Origin: Vicugna vicugna
Lineage: Eukaryota
NCBI GenBank assembly: GCA_013265495.1
Contig: MU058740.1
Location: 1 to 33,911 of the forward strand
DNA length: 33,911 nt
Direction: 5' to 3'
The notes beneath the pieces were generated by a model. The model was not told the origin of the DNA. It worked only from the letters and a program-made list of their open reading frames with translations, and did not search any database. Shown in pieces: positions 23,746 to 33,911 of the stretch. Each line of letters opens with the position of its first letter. The stretch's first letter is position 1. The translations under genes and the position numbers were made by a program.

Positions 23746-24899
23746 AGGGCGTGTGCAACCCGCGTCGTCACCGCTGCCGCTGCCACCCGCTCATTCCCCG
23801 GATTACGGCCCTTCCCAAAGGAAGCGTGCTCTGCCGCCACTGCTGCGCAAAGCCGTCTTGCAGTTTCCTATTTCTTCACCTGAACTGTTCTTTGCCACAC
23901 TTTAGCAGTTTCTTTTTTTTGTTAAAAAAGTCTTGTCATCGTAATCAAATGACATTTGCACATGTAGATAAAATGTGCATATGTTAATAAAATTAACTGG
24001 TGAAAGGTTTTTAATTAAGGCATAGAATTGAGACATTTTAAACTAAATAATGTTATTAGCTCACTACAGGGAATTTTATACTGAAAAAATAAAGAAAAGA
24101 TTTGTTCAGTTCTCTAGGGAATTCAGACCCCAAAATTCCCTTGCAGTTTAATCAGCCAGCGCGGCGGCCCTAATGGCTCTGGATGCAGTAGATAATGGCA
24201 ATAATTTATGTTAGCTGAGGATTCTATTAATTTTCCTATACCTTTTTTGAAGTTATAATTAATTGCTATTAATGCTTCCTAATCAAGACAGAGCCAGTCA
24301 CTGAAACAATTAACCTATTTCTGAAGGTGCAAATAGACAGATAATTCATCAGTTTCCTATTTTTTCCTCCTGCTGCAACATCAGGCTGGTTTTTGTCACC
24401 AAATCCTCTTCTCCTGAGGACTCGCAGCAGCTGCTGTCAGCCATCAAGGGAAAGCAAAGCATGTGCTCGCTTGTAAGGGTCACTCCCGGAGCTCTGTGGT
24501 GAGGAGGCATCATCTGTTAACTGAGGTAGGAACCTCAGTCGTGACCACAGGTTCCACCACCTAAAGACATCAACTGAAGCCGGATTCCCACGAAGAAACA
24601 CACCTGCAAATCCAGTCTGCTTATGCAATGAGAGGGCATTGCTTTCACTGCCGATCAGATTTCTCTAAAGTGACCCCAGTGCGTCCAGACAGGCAAGCAG
24701 GGCAAAACCAAAGGTGAGGCAGACGGATTACTGCCTGTAACAGCGAGTAGCGGAATTCTGTCTTGAGCGGTCTGTGGGGCTGGCTGACGGACGGGCCCAG
24801 GACAGGCGCAGATGCTGGATGAAGGGCCGAACACGGACTTGACACCTCACTTAGACCTGCTATGGAGGAAAATTGAGTAATGGGTAGGTAAGCAGGTCC

Positions 24900-25072
24900 C
24901 AAACTGATGGGCATCAGAATGACGTGCAGGGCTCGTTCAGGCACCGATTTCTAGGTGCGACCCCACAGGTTCCAACTCCGCACACGGGGGTGAGGTCTGA
25001 GATCTGCATCTCTACCAGGCTCCAGGTGACGCTGCCCTGCCGGTCTGGGGCCTCCCACGCTCTGAGAATTTC
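24900..25072 (-). mobile_element. MER5A-like hAT MITE
   Basis: gcatcagaat...gagatctgcatctctacc...ctccaggtgacgctg...ctctgagaa. Confidence 0.65.
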
Positions 25073-25329
25073 ACGAGCACAGTAAGTACAGGTGAGAGAG
25101 AAGCAGGGTCCTGGCAACTTACGGATTATTTTTCTAAAAATGGGAAAGAAGTCCTGTAGCCCTGGAATAAAACTCCCTGCATCCAATTAGGTTGAACTGT
25201 AGCCACCTCACTACAGTCTACACACTCATTACTGTGGCAAAATAAAAGTTACGTAACCCTAATGATAAAGCTTGTAATGGAAAAGCCGTAATAAAGGGAT
25301 TATTTTAAAGACGCGAAGGAACATCTGGT

Positions 25330-26020
25330 ATGAAAGAGACGCTTCAGGAATTGCTGAATCAAACTGATCCAGATGAATCAGAAAATCTGAGTCAAATCAA
25401 AAACGCACTGAGAAGAGTCAGTAATATACTATAAATATGAAAAGGAAAGAAAGATTGTTTTTAGATGACAAGACAATTGCAAAAATTAAAGAAAAAAGCG
25501 ATACAAACCCAGAACAACAGATCGGGTGGTGCATAAAATCAAATCAGTGAATTTGCCTGGAATTGAGGGTTCTTCCTAAAATTCATGGCAAATAGATCAA
25601 ATGAGCTCCGAGGAGTAGAGACGCGGACTGGAAGCCTGACCCACGAGTTCCAGCGGAAGCATGACAGGAGCTCCAGAAGGGAAAGCAGAGTGCGGGAAAG
25701 AAAGACGCTACTCAGACTAACAATGCTGAGAAAATCCCCTGACATGAACAAAGATGAGCATCTTCAAGTGAAAAGGCCCGCTGAGCACCGAGGAGGGGAG
25801 AGCCCGACAGTCCGATCCCAGGAAAACGGCGGGGCTCACGGAGAAGCAGAACTTGCAAGTGTCCAGATGGATGAAACAAGGTAACAACGCAAGGAGAACA
25901 AAAAGGGAAACCCAAACCCTCCAGACTTCTCCGCATCAAAGGCTACAACAGAATGGAGTAGCATCTACAGAATTTTAATGGAATCGAGCTTATCACAAAC
26001 ATCCTACAGGCATCCATCAC
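25330..26020 (+). mobile_element. HAL1 / old L1 ORF1 remnant
   Basis: A-rich. Peptide remnant PDMNKDEHLQVKRP resembles L1 ORF1 (ENFPELKKDMSLQIERAH type), and cagacttctc...agaatggagtagcatctacagaatt resembles its C-terminal part. Confidence 0.6.
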
Positions 26021-26067
26021 CGGCCACACGTTTTCTGAGGAGTCCGATAGCTTTACTCCATGCGACA

Positions 26068-26235
26068 CCCGTGGTTTTCCAATAAACATTTAACAACCGG
26101 CCCTGAGCTGCAGTATTTGCCAGTTTCCTTTGTGCAGATCTAAAGCTACAACTATGCCATCAGTGACGCTGAGTTGGGAGGAGACACCCGTGGTCAGCGC
26201 TCACCAGCACAGGCTGACTGAAACCCCACCCTCAA
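26068..26235 (-). mobile_element. MER63-like hAT-Blackjack element
   Basis: taaacatttaacaaccggc...aagctacaac...gagttgggaggaga resembles reverse MER63. Confidence 0.55.
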
Positions 26236-26329
26236 CCCCCAAATGCACGGCTGCACGAGTCAACTGGCCGGGACTCATAGCTGGTAGGAACGTGCCAGTC
26301 AGGCTTACCTGCTCAAGAATTCTAACAAG

Positions 26330-26667
26330 GGACAGAGACGACTGTCGGCCACTGAAGCTGAGCGCCCGTGTATAAAACTGAGTCTGCTGGCAAAGAAGCA
26401 AGCAAAGAAGGCTGGTCAAGAAGACGAGGGAGCCAAGAGGCACAGAGGGGCAAAGATGAGGGCCGCCTGGCCCCGAGGAGCTGGGAGTCCTCTGGACCCC
26501 CGGAGCTTGCACTTGCAGTCTCTGGAGGCCTGGAGGCACCTTGTTCTTGGGCTATGTGAGATTCCCGTTTCATTTTGCTCATTTGAACCCCCTTCCCCCA
26601 TTTTCACACTGGAGCGAGCACATTTGTTTGGGTGTCTGTTGCTTGATTAAAAAGCTTGACTAGAACA
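26330..26667 (+). mobile_element. Old ERVL/MaLR-type LTR remnant
   Basis: 3' end tttgtttgggtgtctgttgcttgattaaaagcttgactagaaca resembles ERVL/MaLR LTR termini. Confidence 0.4.
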
Positions 26668-26734
26668 CCCTTAAAATAACAGCTCCACTGTTATTTTATT
26701 TATTGTATAAATTTATTGTAAAGAAATAATTTTG

Positions 26735-26970
26735 ATATTCACAAAGATGCAGCTAAAAGGATGCTCACCATTCTGCTATAATGGTGAAAATCTGGAAACA
26801 TTCTAAACGTCCAGTGATTGACAGTTAGGTTGATGAATTATGATGTTCGCTTACAAAAGGAAACTAGGCAGCTATTTAAAATGACAGAGTAGATAGTTAA
26901 CATTGTATAAATAATACAGTGTTAAATGAATCACCTGCAAGATAGTACCTACAGTATGATCTGATTTTCC
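26735..26970 (+). mobile_element. Ancient L1 (L1ME-like) remnant
   Basis: aaggatgctcacc...ataatggtgaaaatctggaaacattctaaacgtcca. Confidence 0.6.
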
Positions 26971-26977
26971 TAAATAT

Positions 26978-27677
26978 GTTTATTTTTTAAATTGACGTGT
27001 AGTTGATTTATAACATTGTATCACCACATTTAGTATAATAATCTCTAGGTCTGTCCATGTTGCTGCAAATGGCAATACTCCATTCCTTTTTACGGCTGAA
27101 TAATATTCACTGTATATATGTACACCTTCATCCTCCAGCCATCTGTTGGTGGACACCTAGGCTGCCTCCGTGCCGTGGGTATTGCAAATAGTGCTGCTGT
27201 GAACACTGAGGTGCATGTATCTTTTTAAGTTAGAGTTTCCTCCAGATATATGCCCAGGAGTGGGATTGCTGGATCATGTGGCAGCTCCATTTTTAGTTTT
27301 TTAGAGGAGTCTCCATACTGTTTTTCACAGTGGCTGCACCAATTTACATTCCCACCAACAGTTTAGGAGGGCTCCCTTTTCTGCACACCCTCTCCAGCAT
27401 TTATTATTTATAGACTTCTTGGTGATGGCCATTCTGACCAGTGTGAGGTGACACCTCCCTGTGGCTTTGATTTGCATTTCTCTAATAATTAGTGATGTTG
27501 AGCATCTTTTCATGTGCCTCCTGGCCATCTAGATGTCTTCTTTGGAGAAATGTCTATTTAGGTCTCCTGCCCAAGATTTTTTTTTTTTTGATTAGGTTGT
27601 TTGTTTTTTGGACATTGAGTTGTATGAGCTGTATATTTTAGAAATTAACCCCTTGTTGGTCACAAGGTTTGTAAATA
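26978..27677 (-). mobile_element. L1 3' fragment with an internal 3'UTR deletion
   Basis: ORF2 remnant [46 protein letters not shown]-rich tail at about 26978. Confidence 0.9.
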
Positions 27678-27707
27678 CGTGTTAATTTTTAATTTGTATG
27701 AAGCACA

Positions 27708-29914
27708 CAGAGGCAGATCTGCAAGATGTTGTGGGGTTCAGTTCCAGACCACCACAATCAAGGGAACATTGCAATAAAGCAAGTCACATGAATTTTCTCA
27801 TCTCCCAGTGCATATAAAAGTTATGTCTATGCTACGATGTAGTTTATTAATTGTACAATAGCATTATGTCTAAAAAGTGTAAGTACCTTAATAAGAAATA
27901 TTTTATTGCTTAAAAATGGTAACCACCATCTAAGCCTTCAGTGAGTTGTAATCTTTTTGTTGGTGGAGGGTCTGGCCCTAACGTGGGTGGCTGCTGACTG
28001 ATCAGGATAGTGGCTGCTGAAGGCTGGGGTGGCCGTGTGGCAATTTCTTAAAACTGGACAACAACGAAGTTCGCCACATTGACCGGTTGATTTCCTTTCA
28101 CGAATGGTTCCTTTACGGCGTGCACTGCTGTCTGACAGTGTTTACGCACAGCAGAACTCCCTTCAAAACTGGAGCCAATCCTCTCAAACCCTGCTGCTCC
28201 TCTGTCAATGAAGCATATGCAATATTCTAAATCCTTTGTTTCACTGTAACAATCTTTGCAGCATCATCACCAGGAGTAAATTCCATCTCAAGAAGCCACT
28301 TTCTTGGCTCGTCCGTAAGAACAAGTCCTCATCTGTGAAAGTTCCGTCGTGAGCCTACAGCAGGCAGGCCCGTCTTCAGGCCCCTCCCCACCTCCAGTTC
28401 TCTGGCTGTTCCCACCACGTCTGCAGCCGTTTCCTCCGCTGAAGTCTGGAACCCCACAGAGGCATCCACGAGGGCTGGAATCAGCTCCTTCCAGACTCCT
28501 GCGAATGTTGATACTTTGATTTCTTTCCGGGCATCACAAATGTTCTGAATGGCACGCAGAACAGTGGATTCTTTCCAGAAGGTTTTCGATGGACTCTGCC
28601 CAGACCCATCAGAGGAATCACTGTCTACGGCAGCTACAGCTTTATGAACCGCATTTTTTAAATAGTAAGACTTGAAATTTAAAATTACTCCTTGATCCAC
28701 AAAATGCGAGACGGACGCTGTGTCAGCAGGCACGTAGCACTAATCTCGTGTCCCTCTCCCTCAGGGCTCCGGGGTGACGAGGTGCCAAGTCGATGAGCAG
28801 TAATATTCCGGACTAAATCTGTACCGAGCAGCAGACCTTACAGCAGACTTAAGATGCTCAGGAAACCACGTTGTAAGCAGATGTGCTGTCACCCAGGCTT
28901 TGCTGTCGCACTAACAGAGCACCTTCAGAGCAGATTAAATAGCATCTGTAAGAGCCTTAGGGTTTTCGGGATGGCAGCTGGTTTCCACTGAAGGCCACCA
29001 GCTGCACTGGCCCCTAGCGAGAGTCAGCCCACCCTGTGGAGTTTTAAGTCCGGCATCGGCTTCCCCTCTCTAGCTATGGAAGTTCCAGGTGGCACCTTCC
29101 TCCAGTGTGAGGCTGCTTCCTGCACACTGAAATCTGTTGTCAGGCGTGGCAGCTTCATGGACGGTCCGAGCTGACCTTCTGGAGAACCTGCTGCACTTCT
29201 GCGTCAGCACCGGCCGCTCCGCCTGCACTTTCATGTTATAGACACGGTTTCTTTCCTTAAACCTCATGAAGCAAACTGTTGACTTCGAACTTTTCCTCTG
29301 CAGCTTCCTCACCTGTCTCAGCCCTCGCAGAACAGAAGAGCCTCAGGCCTTGCTCTGGGTCGGGCTGGGGCTCAGGGGGTATCGTGGCTGGTCTCACCTT
29401 CCTTCCATACACTCAGACGCTCTCCGTGCCAGCAGTGAGGCTGCTCTGCCTCCTCGCCGTTCGCGTGTTCCCTAGAGCAGCACTTTAACTTCCTGTAAGA
29501 GTTTCCCTCTGCGCTCACCATGTGCAGCTGGGCTGGGTTTTGTGCAAGAGACCCAGCTCTCACCCCGTCTCGGCGGCTGACGGGCCCTCCTGCTGGGCTT
29601 GGTCGTTTCCAGCTTTTGATTCAAAGTGAGAGACCTGAGCCTCTTCCTGTCGCCTGAACACTCAGAAGCCGCTGTCGGGTTATTAACTGGCCTAATTTTA
29701 TCTTGTTGTATCTCAGGGCAGAGGGAGGCCCGAGGAGAGAGAGGGAGATGGGGGAAGGGCCAGCCGGTGGAGCAGTCAGAACACACAACATTTACCGATT
29801 CAGTCTACCGTCTTATGTGGGTGTGGCTCATGGCGCCCCAAAATAATGACAATGACATCACAGATCAGCGATCACAAATCACCATAGCAAGTGTGATAAT
29901 AATCAAAAAGTTTC
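27708..29914 (-). mobile_element. Tigger1 DNA transposon, near full length, decayed transposase, 5' end missing
   Basis: Remnant peptides DQGVILNFKSYYLKNAVHKAVAAVDSDSSDGSGQS, FMRFKERNRVYNMKVQ and SLTLNQKLE. Degenerate TIR near 27710. Many frameshifts and stops. Confidence 0.93.
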
Positions 29915-29939
29915 AAGCTGGCAAGTCATAAAAGACACG

Positions 29940-30540
29940 CCCCTCTCTTTAGCCCCATGAGTCCTGTTGATTCAACATTCTCCCCCAAACGCACAGGTAC
30001 GCCCCCGTGTCCCCACCCTCACTGCCACGCCCGTAGCTCAGGTCCTCACGGCATCGCATCCCATGTGTCACAAAAGCCTTCCTTTAAGCTGGTCCGCACG
30101 CCGCAGCCAGCATCTCACAGCATGCCCAGGTCTAGACCCTTAACGCATTAGCTCGCCCACAGAATCGAGCCTGGAAGTCTCAGTGTGCACAGCGCGCTTC
30201 CCCTACTGACGCCCAGACCGCCACTCTGCCACCTCCCCAAACACAGCCTGGCCACCAGCCAGCGCGAAGTCATCACCATGCCGGGGCGCCTTCCCTGCCG
30301 CCGCACTGGCTCCATCTGCCTGCGCTGCCCTTCCCCTGGCCCTCTCCACTGCAGCCTCTTCATCCCGAAAGGCTCAGCTAGCTGTCGTCCCCTCCATAAA
30401 GCTTCCTCAGAGCTGGCACCTCCCCCAGGCTCATTAGGGCCCCTGTGGCAACCCCGGGGCCCCCGTGCTTGCTCTGGCATCGGCGGCACTGATCACATCT
30501 CTAATCGCTGCTTGTCTCTTCCTGGGAGGACTGCGACCTC
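29940..30540 (+). mobile_element. L2 remnant
   Basis: catgagtcctgttgattc...cactgccacgcccgtagctcagg; C-rich, L2-like. Confidence 0.5.
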
Positions 30541-30949
30541 TCTGGGTCCAAGCCCGTGTCTGCGACGGGAGGGGTGTGTGCAGCCCACGTCTGGTGCAGC
30601 CCCGACATGTGGCAGGTCCCAGTGAATTCCACCGTGCGGTCCTCAGCTGGACTGCCAGCCCCTGCAGGCCAGCAGCCTCTAACTGCCCCGCGGAGCCAGT
30701 ACACGTACGGTCAGTGGATGGAGCAGCGCCTTTAAGGGCTCTAGAAGCAGACGTTCTGCTCAGAAACCGACTCTATGGGCACAAAGCACGTGGGGATATT
30801 CTGGGCAGCGCCTTGATGTTATCAGTACTTTCTACCAAGTCTGTCAGTTTACCAGGAGGAGTAAGAAAGCTGCCCTGGCCCCTCGGCCCCGCCTCCCCAT
30901 CCCCTCCAGCTGCCACCCACTCCGTGCTGGATGGCGGTGGGGGGGGGGG

Positions 30950-31381
30950 NNNNNNNNNNNNNNNNNNNNNNNNNNNNNNNNNNNNNNNNNNNNNNNNNNN
31001 NNNNNNNNNNNNNNNNNNNNNNNNNNNNNNNNNNNNNNNNNNNNNNNNNNNNNNNNNNNNNNNNNNNNNNNNNNNNNNNNNNNNNNNNNNNNNNNNNNNN
31101 NNNNNNNNNNNNNNNNNNNNNNNNNNNNNNNNNNNNNNNNNNNNNNNNNNNNNNNNNNNNNNNNNNNNNNNNNNNNNNNNNNNNNNNNNNNNNNNNNNNN
31201 NNNNNNNNNNNNNNNNNNNNNNNNNNNNNNNNNNNNNNNNNNNNNNNNNNNNNNNNNNNNNNNNNNNNNNNNNNNNNNNNNNNNNNNNNNNNNNNNNNNN
31301 NNNNNNNNNNNNNNNNNNNNNNNNNNNNNNNNNNNNNNNNNNNNNNNNNNNNNNNNNNNNNNNNNNNNNNNNNNNNNNNNN
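30950..31381. other. Assembly gap (432 N) preceded by a G homopolymer
   Basis: Run of N following 11 G. Confidence 1.
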
Positions 31382-31850
31382 TTATTAGAGGGCAAATCGG
31401 GCCAGCTCTTTCAATAGAACTGCTCATTTGACGTCATTTCCTGCGGACAATGTGAGTGACACGCAAGTGCTTCCTGAGGGTCCCCAGACAGCACGGTGCG
31501 GAGATGGAAGCCACATGGGCCCACACCACTCCTGGAAGCCCTGATCCTCCCCTGAGCTCGGGGTGGGAAGGCGGCACCTGGAGCAGCTGATCTGAGCCCC
31601 GGACCAGGGAATACTGCCGTGTTGTCTCTGCCTAGCAGGGGACGCCTACAAGGCTACGGTTCCACACGAGGCCCAGGAAACAGACTTTCTTGGGCCCTGA
31701 AACAGAAAACTAGAATTTAAAAAGAAGCTGTCTCCGCTTTACTGAGAGTCTGATCAGACTCTGCGAACCCTAAATCTTCTCACCTTCCAGTGGCGACCAT
31801 ACACCCTCAGGGCAGAAAGAGGGTGTGTGTGGAAGTGTGGAAGTGCACGA

Positions 31851-31897
31851 GCGCGCGTGCACGCATGCGTGTACATCTGTGTGCACACGTACACGTG
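31851..31897. repeat. Alternating purine-pyrimidine tract
   Basis: gcgcgcgtgcacgcatgcgtgtacat (26 nt) followed by tgtgtgcacacgtacacgtg (20 nt). Confidence 0.85.
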
Positions 31898-32999
31898 AGC
31901 CGAGTGTGGGCGGGAAAGTACTTCCAAGGGAAGTCTGTTAGAAGCAGAATCACGTCAAGGATGTCTTAGCTCCTCCACCTTCAGAGCTCTGGGAATAAAA
32001 GGCATGAAGAGCTGGCTGTGGAGAAGGTCCTCTGGGCCTGACTGAGGGGTTGGGCTCACTCCCGAAAGCGTCCTGTGGCGGGGGGGTGGGGGGGCCCAGG
32101 TCTGGGGCTGGCTCTGCCGTCTGCAGCTCGCTGAAGCCCGAGCACTTGTTGTATCTGCCCTGGGAAGCGTCAGGCCCTCTCACTGGCCTTTCCTCTTGCT
32201 TCAGTCCCTCTCTAGAATGCAGGTTTCTGAAGCCGTGTTCTGCGCAACACTCCTGTTGTACTTATTTGTTTGTGCAAAAACACCAAGGGCCTCACCAGTT
32301 ACTGTGAAAAAGAGGCTTTGTGGCCATATGAATTTAGGAACCCCCCTCCTCTCAGAATCCACGATATGCACCTTAGTGCATGAAGGCAAAATCTGGAAGA
32401 AATAAAGGCAGCTTCACTTCCTACGGGTTAAACACAGTTTAGAAGCTGACCCTCCAGCTCCACCTTTACCTGCTGGATTTGTCCTCCTGAAACAGCCGTC
32501 ATCACCGAGCTCCTGGTCTTCACACCCTTCCACGAGGCCACAGAACTAGCCTCCAACCCACCCAAGCTCCTCTGTGGCCTCACTTGTTTGCTCTCGTTCC
32601 CAGGGGTGGGGTACCTGCCCTGCGCACCCCCACCCACAGTCCCTCGCTCACACTGATCCCTTACCTGGGACGTTCCCTAGTCTCCGAATCGCTGCCTCTA
32701 CCCATCCTTCAAGGCACATCTCCACCGCTAGGTGAGTCTTCATCCAGCTTCTCAGGTCGTTCACTCGCACCCTCTGGTAGGCCACTAACATGATACCCGC
32801 GGAAGGGCACTGACGGCTCCCCCTTGGCTCCTCCAGGGCCGGGCCCGGCCTGGCTCACCTTCCTTGTTTTCACATCCTGTGTGACCCCCTCCCCCAGTGC
32901 CTGATACAGGATGGGAGACGGAGCAGTGGTCCCGCAGCAGCTGAGGAGCTGGGCAGGTGGCCCATGTGCTGTCGCCGCCACTTCAGCTCATTAGGAGTA

Positions 33000-33481
33000 C
33001 ACGCCCCTCAATTTACGATGGGGTTACTTCCCCATAAGCCCTCTCTAAGCTGAAAAAATCTAAGCCGAAAATGCAGTGAATACACGGAAGCTGCCGGACA
33101 GCAGCGCTCAGCCTCGCCGACCTCAAACGTGCTCGGCCTGCGTATGCTGGCCGCAGCTGGGCAAGGTCGTCCGCACTAAACCTGTTCTATGAGAGCGCGC
33201 GGAGTCTCTCCTGTCGTTGGCTGAATACCGTGCTGACAATGAAAACCAGAGTGGCCGCCAGGTCCAGAATGATTGTGACCGTGTCGGTTGTTATCCAAGT
33301 GATGGAGCGGCTCACTCGGAGCCGCAGCTCCGCCCAGCATAGGGAGAGGGTCCTGCCGCCTGACACCAGCCTAGGGGAGGATCCAAATTCGGATGCGGTG
33401 TCCACTGCACGTGCATCACTTTTGGACCATCCTAAAGTCAGGAAGTTGTATGTCGAACCATCATAGGTCGGGGGCCATCTG
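33000..33481. mobile_element. MER47/Tigger5-like MITE
   Basis: Ends ta|cacgcccctcaatttacgatgggg and aaccatcataggtcgggggccatctg|tg are degenerate inverted termini; internal gaaaatgcagtgaatacac. Confidence 0.8.
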
Positions 33482-33911
33482 TGCCGGCACTGGGGTCCGG
33501 TACACGTGGGTTTGCAGCCCCCCTCTTCCTCAGGCAGGGAAGGAACCCTGCAGCGCAGTGGCTGCGTGAGGCCGTGTTCCGACATTCAAGTTGACCCATT
33601 TTTTGTACGCCTGTCCTCCCAACTTCTGTCCTGGCTAGAAAAGCGCAGCTCCACACAAGCTCCGTGGCTGGGCCACCCCAGTTCCCCCAGATCAAGGGCC
33701 CCCATCTTGGAAAAACCCCTCAAACCAGCGTGAGGAGAGCGGGCCGCTGTGAGAGGTGCACTCGGGCCCCCAGACAGAGAGGCCCAGGCGCTGGAGAAGC
33801 CACAGTGCCCACAGCCGGTGTCTCGTGTGGAAGACGCTCAGATGTCGATTATCCAGACTCACTGGCGATTTAACAACCTGAATAATCAGTTTTTCTGGAT
33901 AATCGATCATG

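Larger units (their letters stand above)
5206..33911 (-). other. SDK1: 3' part of a large SDK1 intron upstream of the 112-nt exon
   Basis: No further SDK1-like coding sequence recognised; repeat-rich; the downstream exon is internal (phase 1 acceptor), so earlier exons must lie further upstream. Confidence 0.75.

Noticed and set aside
28329..28733. Possible TIGD1-like domesticated gene
   Set aside because: Surrounding frames are broken by stops and frameshifts; it is a decayed Tigger1 copy.

Overview
Mammalian genomic DNA from a draft assembly with two N gaps. The L1 3' ends and the absence of recognisable Alu, Bov-tA, PRE1 or SINEC elements suggest a camelid, but this is inference. The whole window appears to lie inside the Sidekick-1 gene (SDK1) on the minus strand. 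Only two coding exons are supported: 5205-5094 (112 nt) and 4462-4272 (191 nt). They splice in frame at canonical GT-AG sites and encode most of one Ig domain (probably Ig3; exons 6-7 by recalled human numbering). Everything else is intron filled with decayed transposons: L1 of several ages, L2, MIR, HAL1, a near full-length Tigger1, Tigger2/MER8-like and MER47/Tigger5-like elements, MER5, MER63 and MaLR-like LTRs. Almost all other ORFs in the track are spurious (GC-rich sequence, N runs or TE remnants). I found no convincing new multi-gene system. The best leads are two neighbouring ~305-bp duplications, an mRNA-3'-end-like insert nested in a MITE inside an L1, a twin-primed L1 with TSDs, homeodomain/SOX motif clusters that may be enhancers, and a possible internal promoter for a short SDK1 isoform. 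Repeat family names come from recalled consensus sequences and their boundaries are approximate.
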